NCBI GenBank assembly: GCA_964057225.1
Contig: OZ059899.1
Span: 12,958,001-13,022,000 of the forward strand
Direction: 5' to 3'
Length of the DNA: 64,000 bases
Source: Auanema rhodensis
Taxonomy: Eukaryota > Animalia > Nematoda
The notes beneath the pieces were generated by a model. That model ran no database searches. It was given only the letters and a program-made list of their open reading frames with translations, and was not told the DNA's origin. Made by a program: the position numbers and the translations under genes. Every line of letters starts with the position of its first letter. The first letter of the stretch is position 1. This document shows, piece by piece, positions 1-13,000 of this stretch.

Positions 1-1190
1 TTGTTTGTTAGGGTGAAAGTAAGGAATAAGAGATGTAGGAAAGCGGAATATACCAATTTTTTTGTTTTTTTTCTGTTCCCAGTGCCACTAGCTACAGCTA
101 CAACCCGTCTTTTTAAAAAACTTCAGAGCTGTTGCATTCGGTTCTATTTTGAATTTCAAAAACTTAATTAGCGCCATATGCTGGTTTGGCAGATCTCACG
201 TTTTTTTCTTAAGCATTTTTATTCATTTTCTTATTAAAAATATCAACCTGTATCACTAGGGACATGTGTTTGCTATACAACACGAAGAAAATGCATGGGA
301 AGTATTCAGATGTTTCGAAAGCTTTAGAATCATAAAGAATGATTGAGGATTGAGTGAGCGAAAAAATGGCTAGAGAGCAGGGAAAATGAGCAGTGAAGGA
401 ATGCTAGGGGTTGAAGAAAATAAGAAGAAATGTAAGGACAGACGCAAAGAAAGCGTAGAAAGAGAGGAAATATCAAATCACATCACCTTCACTTTACATA
501 TTAATCAGGAGCCACACATGCAGACTCTATCATATTATCATGTGTTAAGATAAACTTATGACTATGCTTTAATCCGTCTTCGTATTTCTGAAGGACAGCC
601 TTCATTATGACATCTGACATGTGGTATCAAGAGATGTGATTTGCGGAGTTGTATGTGTATTCCTTTTCACACGAGATTTCTGTTCAAGGGTATCACTTTC
701 ATACATGATTCTTGGAATCCGGTTCTTATATCATAGGACAGTTCGAGTTCAAGTATTTTTTGAGGAAATTTGCGGCTAATTCCACCACATTTTTTGATTT
801 GTGGATTTAACGCATGAGTTGGAGCTGTTTGTATTTTTGTATATCATTCATTCTTGTATCTTATCAACCAGTTTGAGAAGATTCTTTTAAAGAAATGAAT
901 TGTGGATAAGCTTCGTTGCTGTTTTTGTTTTATTCTGTTTTTGTTGTCATGGTGATGCCAAAGGGTAACACGAAATAAAAGCAGAAATTCACAAAATCTT
1001 TGGCCTGATTTTCTGAGGCTGATTACTTCAATTCATTACGAGATGAGATTGTATAGCTTGTCGTGCTGCAAATGTTTAATTTGGGAATCCTGAGAGAGAA
1101 AGGCTAAACACGGAATGAATGATGATGATAATGAATAAAAAACGAAAACTACGAAAACCCTTGGACCAAACATAATTTCTCCATTTTCAG

Positions 1191-3913
1191 TCGCGCGTAC
1201 ATGCTCTCTCATTCTGATGGTGTTAGATGTAATGAAGCCGCTCCAACATAAGAAACTATTGGAATATGAATTGGAAGGCTTCGGAATCCGTCTCAACAAA
1301 CAACCACCAAATATTGGTTTTCGAAAGAAGGAGAAGGGTGGCATTAATCTCACTACCCTGGTAAGTTTTCGTTCCTCAGCCTTTTTTATTTTTGTCGTCT
1401 ATCTCTCGGCATGCTTTTCTGATTTTTTCGTGCAACGCTCATTACTCTTGTCGTCATGCACTTTTTATTCGTTCAGCTCCGCAAAATGGCGAAAAAGTAA
1501 GAAATAATAGCTGGAGGACTAGGAAAAAGTAGCGAAGCTCATGTAATTCGCTTAAAAGAGATCGATAGTCTTTTTGACATCCAAAAATGCGCTTTGTGTT
1601 TTCTAGTTTGTTGAATTTGAAGAGCCACTGTTGAATTTTCCACCTGATTACGTTCTATAAGGGATTTGGGATGGAAGCTTTGGAAGGATTACCCATTACA
1701 TCTCATTGATCGGTAGTCTATCTGCACCAATACTTTAACAAATGCAGTTTCCGGTTTAGGGTGCTGAATATTACGCTTTTGCACCAACTAGCTAGCGAAA
1801 AATTGGGAGTTGATAAAGTTGTCTATTTTGAACAAAACTATGTTAGTAGTTAAGGTTTGAAAGCCTAGTACGAAAATGCAGCTGTCGAGGGGCTGGTGAG
1901 AAAGGACAGTAGAGAGCAAAAGCAACTCATTAATACAAAACTAAAATTGACAGGAAAGCGTAAGAAAGAGAGACGAGGGAAGTTGTTTGTTTATGAGAAT
2001 GTTGTCGTTCTGATGGCTGTTAGCTTCAGATGTCTTTTCTTCAATGTGGGCCTCCTTGCTCTCAAACAGGATTGAACTGATTCGTCTTTCATTTAAGAGA
2101 TTAACATCCGGCATCTGGGCTTTTCGTTTTATATTCGCAACCAGCTGTTCTGAAAAAAAAGCGACAAAAGGGCTTTAGGGAAGAATAGGTTCAAAACTAT
2201 TTTTCATTTGATTTTAGCGCCGAGATTGAAATTAAATTTCCTCCGACAAGCTCATATGATTTATTTGTTTCATTGAAGTGACCAATGCTTATTTCCCATC
2301 ATATCAGTCGTAGTTTTGTCGTAGGTATTGGAACTAGCATTAGTTTTCGTAGTTTCTATATTCTCTGGTATATATGGCTGTATTCCCTAGAGAGGGAGCA
2401 CCTATCGATCTTCATTTCCTTGTTTAAGATGCTGAAAACATAAAAGAAAAGTGCGCAGCAGAAGCTCAACCATTGTCATAGTATCCACTTCAAAAACGTT
2501 TAAGCCATTAGAAGATTTCTTTCATGTTGCCATTTATAATGACATAAATGAGAGAACAAAGACATGAAAAATGTGGAAGAGAAACTTGCTTTACTGAAGG
2601 CGTTGAAGAGTTTATACGCTTTGTTTTGCATCCTGAATCTTGGGAGGAAATCAAACATTTTTCTCTTTTCTTTTTAGTGAAAGAAACATTTTTCTTTTTC
2701 GTGCGGAAAACTCCTCAGCCATTTTTTTGTTCTCGTTATTGACACAACTTTCTAATATTCGTTTTTCAGGTTCCTCAAACAGAGTTGGATTTGGATTTAG
2801 TCAAAAGTATTTTGGCTGAGTATAGGATTCATAATGCGGACGTTACTTTAAGGCACAATTACTTATTCATATCATGAGATAATAGCTAAACGTTTAGATA
2901 TGACGCCACTTCTGAAGACTTAATCGATGTTATTGAAGGAAATCGTGTCTATATTCCTTGCTTATATGTTCTTAACAAGGTTAGCACAGCTTTGGGAGAT
3001 TAGCCAGATCAGTTTTTGCTTACAGATTGACCAAATTTCTATCGAAGAGTTGGATATCATTTACAAGATTCCTCATTGTGTGCCCATATCCGCTCATCAC
3101 AAATGGAATTTCGACGACTTGTTGGAGAAGATCTGGATGTATCTGAACCTTATCCGGATGTAGGTTGAGAGTTTGATTGAAATGTTTCTTAATTGGCAAC
3201 TATTCGTTTGTTTGTGATGGCATAACATTGGATTTGTATCGTCTCAATCCGATTGGAGGTCCTTATATGGGCATCCTTGGCTCGTTTTCACGCCAATTGG
3301 ACGAGTACAATGAATGTAGCCTGTATATTCTATTGTCTCTGGATGGTCAGTACTATGACCTTCGCGTAGCAAAGAGATCCACAAATCCTCAGAGTACTTG
3401 TTTTTGAGTTCTCTAAGTGGTATCTGCGTACAATAATTTTGGGATTTCGCAACGATTTTGCCTGACGTGCTTTGGGATTTCTTTTTCTGATGAGTAAAAG
3501 AGGAAGAGGGGGGGGGGTTAGATTCCGTCACATTTCAGCTGTCTGGGGGCATGTCAAGTTTTCTGTTACTCTCTCATTTTTTCAGCTACACTAAGCCAAA
3601 GGGACAACTGCCAGACTATTCAGCTCCTATTGTTCTGAATGCCGAGAGAAACAATATTGATGATCTGTGCTTGAAGATTCACAAGTCATTGCAAAAGGAC
3701 TTCAAATGGTATGTTAACATAACACGAAAAAGAGAAGAAACGAGCATCATTTTTTTCATTTTAGTGCTCTCGTATGGGGTTCCTCGGCCAAGCACAATCC
3801 TCAAAGAGTTGGTAAGGATCACGTTCTCATTGACGAAGATGTAGTTCAAGTTATCAAGAAGTGAGTGTTTCATTTATGATTGACATAACTAATTGTGTTT
3901 TTTTAGGGTTTAA
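1191..3913 (+). CDS. DRG1: Developmentally regulated GTP-binding protein 1, 5'-partial. Exons 1191-1360, 2770-2852, 2898-2979, 3026-3159, 3586-3708, 3765-3860, 3907-3913
   Basis: Spliced translation [37 protein letters not shown]...[28 protein letters not shown]...[15 protein letters not shown]...[11 protein letters not shown]...[30 protein letters not shown] carries the DRG G4 motif (NKID) and TGS domain. Splice phases are consistent. Upstream exons lie outside the window. Confidence 0.97.
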
Positions 3914-4150
3914 TTTTGCAAATTTTTGGAACTTTCAAGGCACTCCATGTTTTCTATTTTTGCCAGGATTCGAAGAAATGTTCCTGAAAATGTTATTCAT
4001 ATTTTAAATTTACTAGACTTATTTGAAATTCGGTGTGATAGCTCGCTTGGTTATGGTTTGAGTGCTCACAGCAAAATCCAACCTCAAATCGTTGTTCTCG
4101 TTAATTCTTTTTTTTTGTCGAATGATCATGGGTGTTTGTTTTTCTTCTTA

Positions 4151-4156
4151 AATAAA
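4151..4156 (+). promoter_or_regulatory. Probable polyadenylation signal of DRG1
   Basis: AATAAA about 240 nt after the stop codon, following a T-rich 3' UTR. Confidence 0.6.
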
Positions 4157-4756
4157 CGTCATTAGGATGTTTCAAATATGAGAATTTAATCAAAATATGT
4201 GAAGAATGAATACGATTTGTCTATATAATTCTAGATTTTAATACGAATCATTGAAACTAGTACTATTTCATCCTACGATACGTGTTGTCCCTATAAGTTC
4301 ACTACGAAAAAGGCTTTTGTTGTTGTATATAGACGGACAATGCAGTTGCTCATATTCTAGAGATATCATGAGGTCGGATCCAGATGGCTGGACTGTTTTT
4401 GGCCTGAATCCTAAGAACAGTGATTGTAAATGCCTCAGATATGATCTGATTCCTCTCTGGGGAACATGCAAGAACCGTATGAACAGTGTTTTGTCGTACT
4501 CGTGACGATAATCGCTCATTTTGTCTTAATGACCAACAAAACTGATAGCCATATATATTTATATGTCGAGCTTTGCGAACATGTCGCAGAAGCATCACAG
4601 ACTGTTTAAAACTTTTTGGCCAAGTTTCAATTAATAAAAGGAAATTTTACGATTTTATCTTCAAATTCTCGTTTTCTATACTTTTTTTCTCATGTTTATG
4701 TTACAAATTTATACAGTATGATTTTGGCATCGTCAGACAGTTTGTTGTTAGATATA

Positions 4757-4944
4757 AGTAGTAGTTTGTGAAATGTGGTTACTGGCACACCTTTTTTCCT
4801 AAATGTCCATTTTCTCAACTTTCGATTTTTGAAAAATGACGGATTTTTGAATAGTTGAGACACATTTTCATTGAAAATCAACATTGAAATGATCGAAAGT
4901 TGAGAAAACGGACGTCAGTAACAACATTTTACATACTACTGTTA
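4757..4944. mobile_element. Degenerate MITE-like palindromic element, about 190 bp
   Basis: Inner inverted repeat gtccattttctcaactttcgat (4804-4825) vs atcgaaagttgagaaaacggac (4891-4912) has one mismatch. Outer imperfect inverted repeat agtagtttgtgaaatgtggttactggc vs gtcagtaacaacattttacatactact. Flanks are TA-rich and there is no coding capacity. Confidence 0.6.
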
Positions 4945-6790
4945 TAAAAGGCATCGCTCAAATGATGTCATTTATCTCAACTATCATTAATTTTTTAATG
5001 GTCCCGATTAATTTTAATTTTCAAATATTCATTGCACATTTATGGGCAATTTCGAATGAATTGCACAGGTCGGTAAACTTATGAGATGGTCATCAGATGG
5101 CTTCTGATGTCCAGATAAGCATCGTCTGCCTTTTTTCTATTCAAATGTCAATCATCATACCTACTGTCAGAATAGGGAAAACCTCATTTCGATTTGCCAA
5201 ACGATACGGGTGGTCGTCTATCGGATTTTCGCATCAGCTCTGTTTTGAACTTACCTTCCGGCTTTTCAATCTATGACATAATCTCAGTAAGAGATCAAAC
5301 AGTTTATATTGTTTTGTCTGAAAACCTATAAACTTACAGTATAAATATTTATTTGAGTTCAGTTCTTCTTTAATGACGTCATAAAATTGTTAGTTATTCT
5401 TTTAAAAATACGTGAAAATATATTTCAGTCTACGTGTAAGTTTACGTGAAAGTTCACGTTAGAGTGAGATACATCTGAGTAAAGTTCACGTAAGCACTGT
5501 ATGCAGGTGAAGAAAGTTTACGTGAACGCTGAATGATGCACAAAATTCTAATAAAAATGCTCATAAAAAGGAAAAACTTATATCGTAGAATTTTAATTGA
5601 ATAGATAACCTGCCGAAGACGTTTCCATTGATTAGCACACGAATCTTTAGTTCTATTGTTGGTAGAAGTATAAGATACAAAGCGCAAACTTAATTTTCTG
5701 ATGATTTTCAGTCAAATAGTTGTCGTAACCTCTTGAGCAACTTCTTATGTACGATTAATCGTCTTTATAAGGTTTGATATTGAAAAGTGAGTATCAGGTA
5801 GGCAACCAAAGATGAAAGAAACGAATATGAAAGAGCATGTGAGAAGAAGAGTACGCGAAACTCATTGATGATGATGGTTACAGTCTCTAGTTGGTTTGAT
5901 GTGAGAGCTAACTATTCATAGTCTCTCACATCATATTGACTTTGTGGTCCGAGTTGTTGCACAAGCATCTGAGCCTTTTATGCCTTCTCCTTATTCACTG
6001 TAGTTTTTTTCCTGAAAATGATGCCCTTGGCTTCTAAAATCAGTAAAAGTATCAGATATTATCCTGTTTCTGTTGACATAATCAAGATAATGTAGCTTTT
6101 TTCTATAGTTTCCTTGTTGACCTCTTCCTTAGTTCTACCTATTTCTCCTTTTTTCTGTTTTTTCCTTACCCAACACCTTATCAATCAACTAATTTATGAC
6201 TCATGTCCGTATGCCATGATGATTTAGGCTTCCTAACCGAGTGACACCCATAACCTAGGTACTAGTGATAATAACCATAGTCCGTCTACTTCTTTTCATC
6301 ATTTTTCAAGAACTTTAATTCGTCTCTTCAGTGTATGTACTGGTCATTTGATTATATCATTTTTCTCTGTAGTGGTAGACCTTTCTTCTCATCCCCTCTC
6401 ATAGTATATTTCCGTTTATTTGGGAGAGAGCACAAAACCATTTTGATCTAAGGAAATTTACCGGACAGTTTCATGTTATCACTAACTATATGGTAATATA
6501 TGATCATATTATATGATCTTATATGAGCATTTCTTTTTGATGTTTTCTATTTATATTTCTCATTATTTTATTCAATATTTATAAACTATATTACTTGCTT
6601 CTTTCATTATCACATATCATATGCTTTATATGTTGCTTGTAAACATGAAGAAACTTAAAGATAATGCTTATAATTTGATCTTGTTTTACATCTCGAACTA
6701 TGATTTTTCAATTCATTTATTTTGCTCTTTCAAGTAGTTTTCAATGTTTTTTTCTGATACTTCTATGACTTTTCATCAAATGAAAATTGA

Positions 6791-7080
6791 AATTCAATTG
6801 ATGAAACTAAGATTGAGCAAGCCTATGAGCAAGCAGATAATTTAATTATGAAGAAAGATGGAGAAAGGTATGATGTGATCATGCTATCTGAGACCTTGTA
6901 GCATGAGATTGTATCTCTTTCTTCGGATCGAATGAATGAATAAGCTTTTGTGATTTCATATGAGCAGGATATAGGTGTAGCAGTAGTTGAAACTGCCGTT
7001 GAACATACTTGAGTCACCAAGCCAATTGTGTACTTAGTCCATTAGTTATGTGGCTACTTGCCTCCGATTACGCAAAGATT
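6791..7080 (+). mobile_element. Decayed non-LTR retrotransposon fragment (RTE-like APE endonuclease) with in-frame stops
   Basis: One frame reads ...ADNLIMKKDGERYDVIMLSETL*HEI...QDIGVAVVET...TKPIVYLVH*LCGYLPPIT. This keeps the order of the nematode RTE endonuclease motifs YDVIxLxET, GVGV and ...CGxxPxxT, with 4 stops. Confidence 0.5.
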
Positions 7081-10000
7081 TTTGTGTGGGAGAATAGATC
7101 TCTGCTGAGTTAGAGATGATAATATTGATGAATATCATCATTAGGTTAGATGATAGGTTATACGTTCATCAATCCGTTTACGGAATAAAAGCAAAAACTT
7201 CTTTAAGGTATAGGTTACAGCCGCGGAAAGATACACGTAAATCCTTTAATCTGTGGCAGGCGGCAGGAAGGTGTTAGGTTTGTTTGCCAACTTTGCGTGC
7301 TAAGCTTCAAGAACCCGAAAATGGATAGTACATATGAAGAAAGTGAGAGAGAGAGAGACAGATAGAAATGGAAGAAATGAGAAGCAAAAGGTAGAAAAGA
7401 ATAAGAACAAAGGGCTGAGAAGGTGCGGTTGTCACCCTCGCTTTGGCTATATCTATCCTGCTCATTCGTCTCACTTCCTTGCTCTCCACTCCCATATACA
7501 TATACCACACACAGATACAGAAAGAAGACTGTAGGTCATTCAATAAGATTGGATGAATCTGAGAACTTTCTATAGACATCTATGGCAAATGATACTTAAA
7601 CCAAACAAGTACGAGACCTCGGCGATCAGCTCAACCTGTACGTCAATCTGACGTTTATACTTGCTGCCTTTTCGAGCATCACAGCCAATCCTTCATTCAT
7701 TCAGATAAAACCAACAACTCAAGCGAATCACTCACCTTCTTACTGGCAATTTTCCTCTTTCCTCGTCTACCTATCTCGGGCTTTCCCTCTCTTTTGCTTT
7801 CATGTAATGTTTTCTCTGCTATTCTACCTCGTATATTTTTTAAAATAAAATTATTGCTTTCCGCATCACATTTCAAGAATAAATATTTTCTCAGAGCACT
7901 TGAATCGTACTTCTTAAACCGCAGAAAGAAAAAGCTCTGAAGTTAACCTAAAAAAAAAACTTTTTTTTCAGCCATCGTTTGCACAACAATCAAATTTCCA
8001 ATATCGTACTTCACACGCACACATTAGATTCTTTTCTTCTTCATTATATTTTTTCAAATTATCACTCTCTCTTATGATAATTACTCACGTGCTCAACTTG
8101 CACGTCGATGCCCTGCGGTCATTTGTCTGTATTTGGCGCCCTGTTACCTATTAGAGTGCATTTCTTCATATACACCCGCAAGGAACGGTTGTTTTTATTT
8201 CATTTCGTTTCTATTTTGTTCATAATTTCAATTGGATCCTGAGTTTCTTTACGAGTTTCGTTTCGATATTCTCTCATTCTTACTATAATATTTATATTTT
8301 GTTCTAATTTTCATACTCGTATTCTTCTCATAATGTAATCTTTTGGTTTTATTTCCTCGTTTGATTCTATTATTTCACCTATTTACTGTGTTTTTTTTCT
8401 AGTTTACATAATATAATCTATCGTCACATGTAATCACATCAAATATCTTTGACGATAATCGATCATGTCAAGATTATATGGTGAAATACATGATGATTCA
8501 GCTAATCTCATTAGCATATCTGGCTTCAATATACTATTATCGTCTTCTCAAGTATTTATGTAACAAATAAGCCGAATGATCTCCTGTAGTTTTTTTTCCA
8601 ATTAGTTTTTCGTTTGATATTATTCACATAGGATACTATAATATTTAGCGTATAACATCTTATTCTTGATTATGTCAACTAGCATCTCTAGAAAGCTTTA
8701 TGAAGCTCTGGTGCCAGCTATCTATTTGTCGTATTTAGTTGAACAATGAATAATCTGACACGCAATCATACTTCATTTCCATCTTATAAGCTTGTACCTT
8801 ATTTGTCTGTTTGAGACGTCAGTTATGCAACAAAGCAATGTTTCAAATATAGAAAACATTGAAGAACCTTTTATTAGTTTTACCTTTTCTATCATGTTGC
8901 ATAGGCTTAAATGATGAATCTCTACTAATTCTAGCGTCTAGCATCTTTACGGTCTTTTGTATGTTTAATATCGACCTCATTCATCTTTTAAACAGCTAAC
9001 AATCATGCCCTTACGTCCATGAGCTCATAGATCGGGGTGGCGAACTGTATTGTTCATCTTTGATGAAATATTGAAGGAGTGGCGGAGCTTTTGAAAGAGG
9101 CGTGCGAGTGAAATTTGAGACTGTATTTGGAAATCATCAGGTACTCATCTATCTCTTTGAAATAAGTTGAGCAAATTGTATTTTCTACTTATATTAAATA
9201 TTTTCATATAATCTATACTATATATCCAAATTATTTAAGCAATTTTCCTTTATATCTGGCTTATTTTGATTTAACAAAATCTAGGATCTACATCAGTTTT
9301 TCGATGATATAGTCATGACATTAACTGTGCATTTCCTATCTTAATATACTAGCGTGACACGCTTTGAATCATGCGGCAAGCGATATGGAACTCAATGATC
9401 TATCCTAACTACCATAAATGGACATCTGGCTTCTTGATGTTTGAAACTGCTGTAATAAACAATCTGCCGAGCCCTCCGTAAAAGTGATTCTACAGTTGGG
9501 ACCAGCTGTAGCTTGCAGAGTAAGCAAAGATTATGAAAGAAAGTTTTGGCTATATAGCATATTGCTAAACATCTAATTCATATGATACAGTTAAATCAGA
9601 TTATCCTATTAGCTGCTGGACTTTGTATCTGAATCACTCTTCTACTGGTTACAAGAAAGATTGGCAGACTGAATAGAACAAGGTGCGTGCCACTTGTTCT
9701 GTATACCAGTAGCTGGAATAAGAGCAAATTCTTTGTGTATGCTGAAATGGTAATGCTTGATGTTTTATGATTTCCGATCTTTAACTGGACTTTCTGCTTC
9801 TTTTTCTTTCCTTTTCCTAGTTTTTGGTCTGTCAACTTTCTTCCGTTTTGCATGTCTTCTTGACACGGATCATTTCCCTCCACTTTAACTCGCGCAGATA
9901 TTTCTATTCAAAATTGAAATTAATTGTTTCATCCATTGCTTGATTCATGATGTAACACAAGGTCTTCTACTTTTGCTATATTTCCAGCATTATGCTTTCA

Positions 10001-13000
10001 CGTCCCTGCTACCTATATATTTTTTGGCTTTCATCGAGCCGCCCGCCTGTCCGGTTGGTGGCATGTCCGGCCTCCGACCTGCCTGACAAGTACTCTTACA
10101 CATACCGCTTACAGCCTTGTCTTACTTAACTGGTCTCTCAATCTTCCCATTTTCTTACCTGTTACCGTTTCTCCATTTTTTTGTTTTGTCGGCTGTATCA
10201 GAAAGACCTCCAGCATGTAGTTGTGACAATCATCAGTTTTTCACCGGAAGTTCTAAGTTACATTACCTGATTCCGACCTTCATAAGCGTTGATGTGGTTT
10301 GCATGAAATCCGAGGTCAGTAACTGCTACTTGAATAATCTTCAGGAGATACTTTCCTTTTACATGTATTCCTCTTATTTTTATAAATAAAAGGGGAATAT
10401 AACTATTTAACAAATCATTATCTTCTACATCATTTATGCCTTAAATTCTTATAAACTTAATTGATGTTTATCCTCCAGGTCATGCAAATTTCAGTCATGT
10501 TTCCATTAAAAACCACGCTCTTCAAACATGTTATATTTTCATAATGTCATTCACAGTTCACACGCCGTTGCACCATGTCAAATATTTATTTTTAAATCGT
10601 TTTTATCTTAATTGATAAAAATACGAGAAAAATGGTCAAAAAACTTTAAAATGCCTCCAAAATAGTCGAAATGTTTGTCAATATTGACATATCCTTATCA
10701 TTTTCCAGATGTTACATCGTCTCTTAGCGTATTTCGTACCGTCTCAAATATTTGTGCAATGGGTTTAAGAAACTCCAAAAAAAAATTATTTATCATTTTG
10801 CCTAAGATCAATATGTTTATTAGAATTAACTCTAATCAACGTATTATCTCATTGAATCAGTTAATTTGCTTCATTTCTATTGTCTTTCTTCATTTTTTTT
10901 TTTGAAATTTTCAAATCTCCGTCTAAAACAAACGGTTTTCTACTATCACCTATTTTCAAACTATCAGTTGATTAAGTTGAGCTGAAACACGAATATCAAT
11001 TGGATGGTAAACTATTTCACTTGTTTCTTTTCTAATAATGATGAATTGGCAATTCATGATTAATTCATTGAACTACGATCTGTTAGCAGATTTGTATTTT
11101 TCAAATTAATTATTTATGTGATTGATTAACATGATTTTTCTTAATAATATAGTTATATATAGTTATATAGCATGCCTTACGTAATATGCTAATTACTCAT
11201 TTTCATTTGAATATATCATATGTACATTGCTCACGTGAAAAATATTTTTACGTGGAAAAACGGTTATTTTTAGTTCGAATTTTAACGTGAATGGTTGTTT
11301 TTTTCATTATTTATTTGTTTTTTGTAATGTATATCATATAGTTAATTAGTTTTCTGTTAGTTTGTAAATTCTTTTCCTTTTGTATGAGTACAATGAGCAC
11401 TATCGTATGACTTTGCTTATTTAACACTTAGAACAAGCTTTTCTTCTTCTACTTCTCTTCTCTCTTCTTATGCTTATTCTGTTTTGTTTTTTTAAGTTGG
11501 TCGAGTATGCTGGTAAGAATTTATTCCTCAGTTCCGAGAGTTGTTATCCTGTCAGCTTGTTTCCACGTTTTTGCTCAAATAATTCAAAAATCTTGACGAT
11601 TTGTGTCGAGAAATGAGTTGTTTCCTATGTATTTTGCTTATCTCATCTCTTTTGAGCAACAATCTGCGAAATATGTATGTCTCCACATTGAATTACATGT
11701 TGCTGAGACTTTTCGAGATGGTCATCCGCTTACTCTGCCTACCATCTTCTATCTCATCTTTATCACATGCCCCATTGTTTTTACATTGTTAAGTCTTGAT
11801 TGTTGACTTCAAATCCGATGAATGAGCAGGATAGGCCACGTAAACTTTCTAACTATCCAACTTCACACTTTTTTCTTCTCATGTCAATTACTTGCATACA
11901 TTTATCAATTTTTTTTACAACTAATTTCAATTGAAATGCCGTCATGATTCGTTTGATTTTTGTAATTTGTTTCGTGACACTTAGCCACTTCTCTTTTTAT
12001 TCCATTGGCTACTTATACTTAATACTTCTCATCTTCTTAATGTCCTCGAAACATTCTTTTCTTGCCCAAAAAAAAATTAATTACCCCTGAGGTCATTTCG
12101 TTGAACTTTCGGCTGTTCCACCATCTTCGGCATGAATGGTATTAAAATTTGTTACAGAAACAGTTTGAAATTAGGTTTACTATACATGCAATTCACGTAA
12201 TATCCACGAATTTCTTTGATTTTTCCCGCTTTCCGTTTGCACTTTCCTAATCTGGTTTTCCGTAGCCGTAAATGAACTGAATAGGTTATACAGCTAATAT
12301 TAGAACATTCAAGACAAAAGATATAATGTTGTGATGCAAATGTATAGTTAGCCTAGTTAAGTATAGAAGCTAGAGAGCATGTACTGTTGAAATTCTTAAG
12401 AAATTTGAATATGAAACATACATATAGTTAGTATTGTCTGGCTATCCAAACTATACAATTTTATACAACAGATTCAATAAAGTTTTAGTTTCGGATAGTT
12501 CCTTACTTCCAAACGAATTCATCTATCTCACATGGCACATCTGGCTAAAGTTGATGAAATAACATCAATGAGCCAGATATATCAGACGATGAGAGAACTG
12601 TCAACTATGGGAATTCCCCATATGTGGCATGTATGTGCATCAGAATTTAAACTTATTTCATGCAATATTTTCAATCATCGTATGATGCAATTGTTTTAAT
12701 TATTATGTGATTCTTTGCTTATTCTTTCATTTTCTAAACAAATCACATTAGGAAAGATCTTCTTTTCCTTTGTTATTACAAGAATAATGAGATTTTCTCT
12801 TGAAAACCTTTTGATATTAACTTCCTCACAATTGAACTCTGATTTCCATTTTGTTCTTGGAACACTGTCATAGGCACTATTCTCTCTTGTTCTCCTTTAA
12901 TTCATAAATTATTTTACAACTAATTCATAGTATGTCTGTAACAACTTCTTATTTTGCCGAAAAATTAATTTTTCATTTGAATATTCTAATTTTCCGGATA

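Noticed and set aside
12609-12618. GGGAATTCCC, NF-kB-like palindrome
   Set aside because: It is a single short word, and NF-kB is absent from C. elegans-like nematodes.
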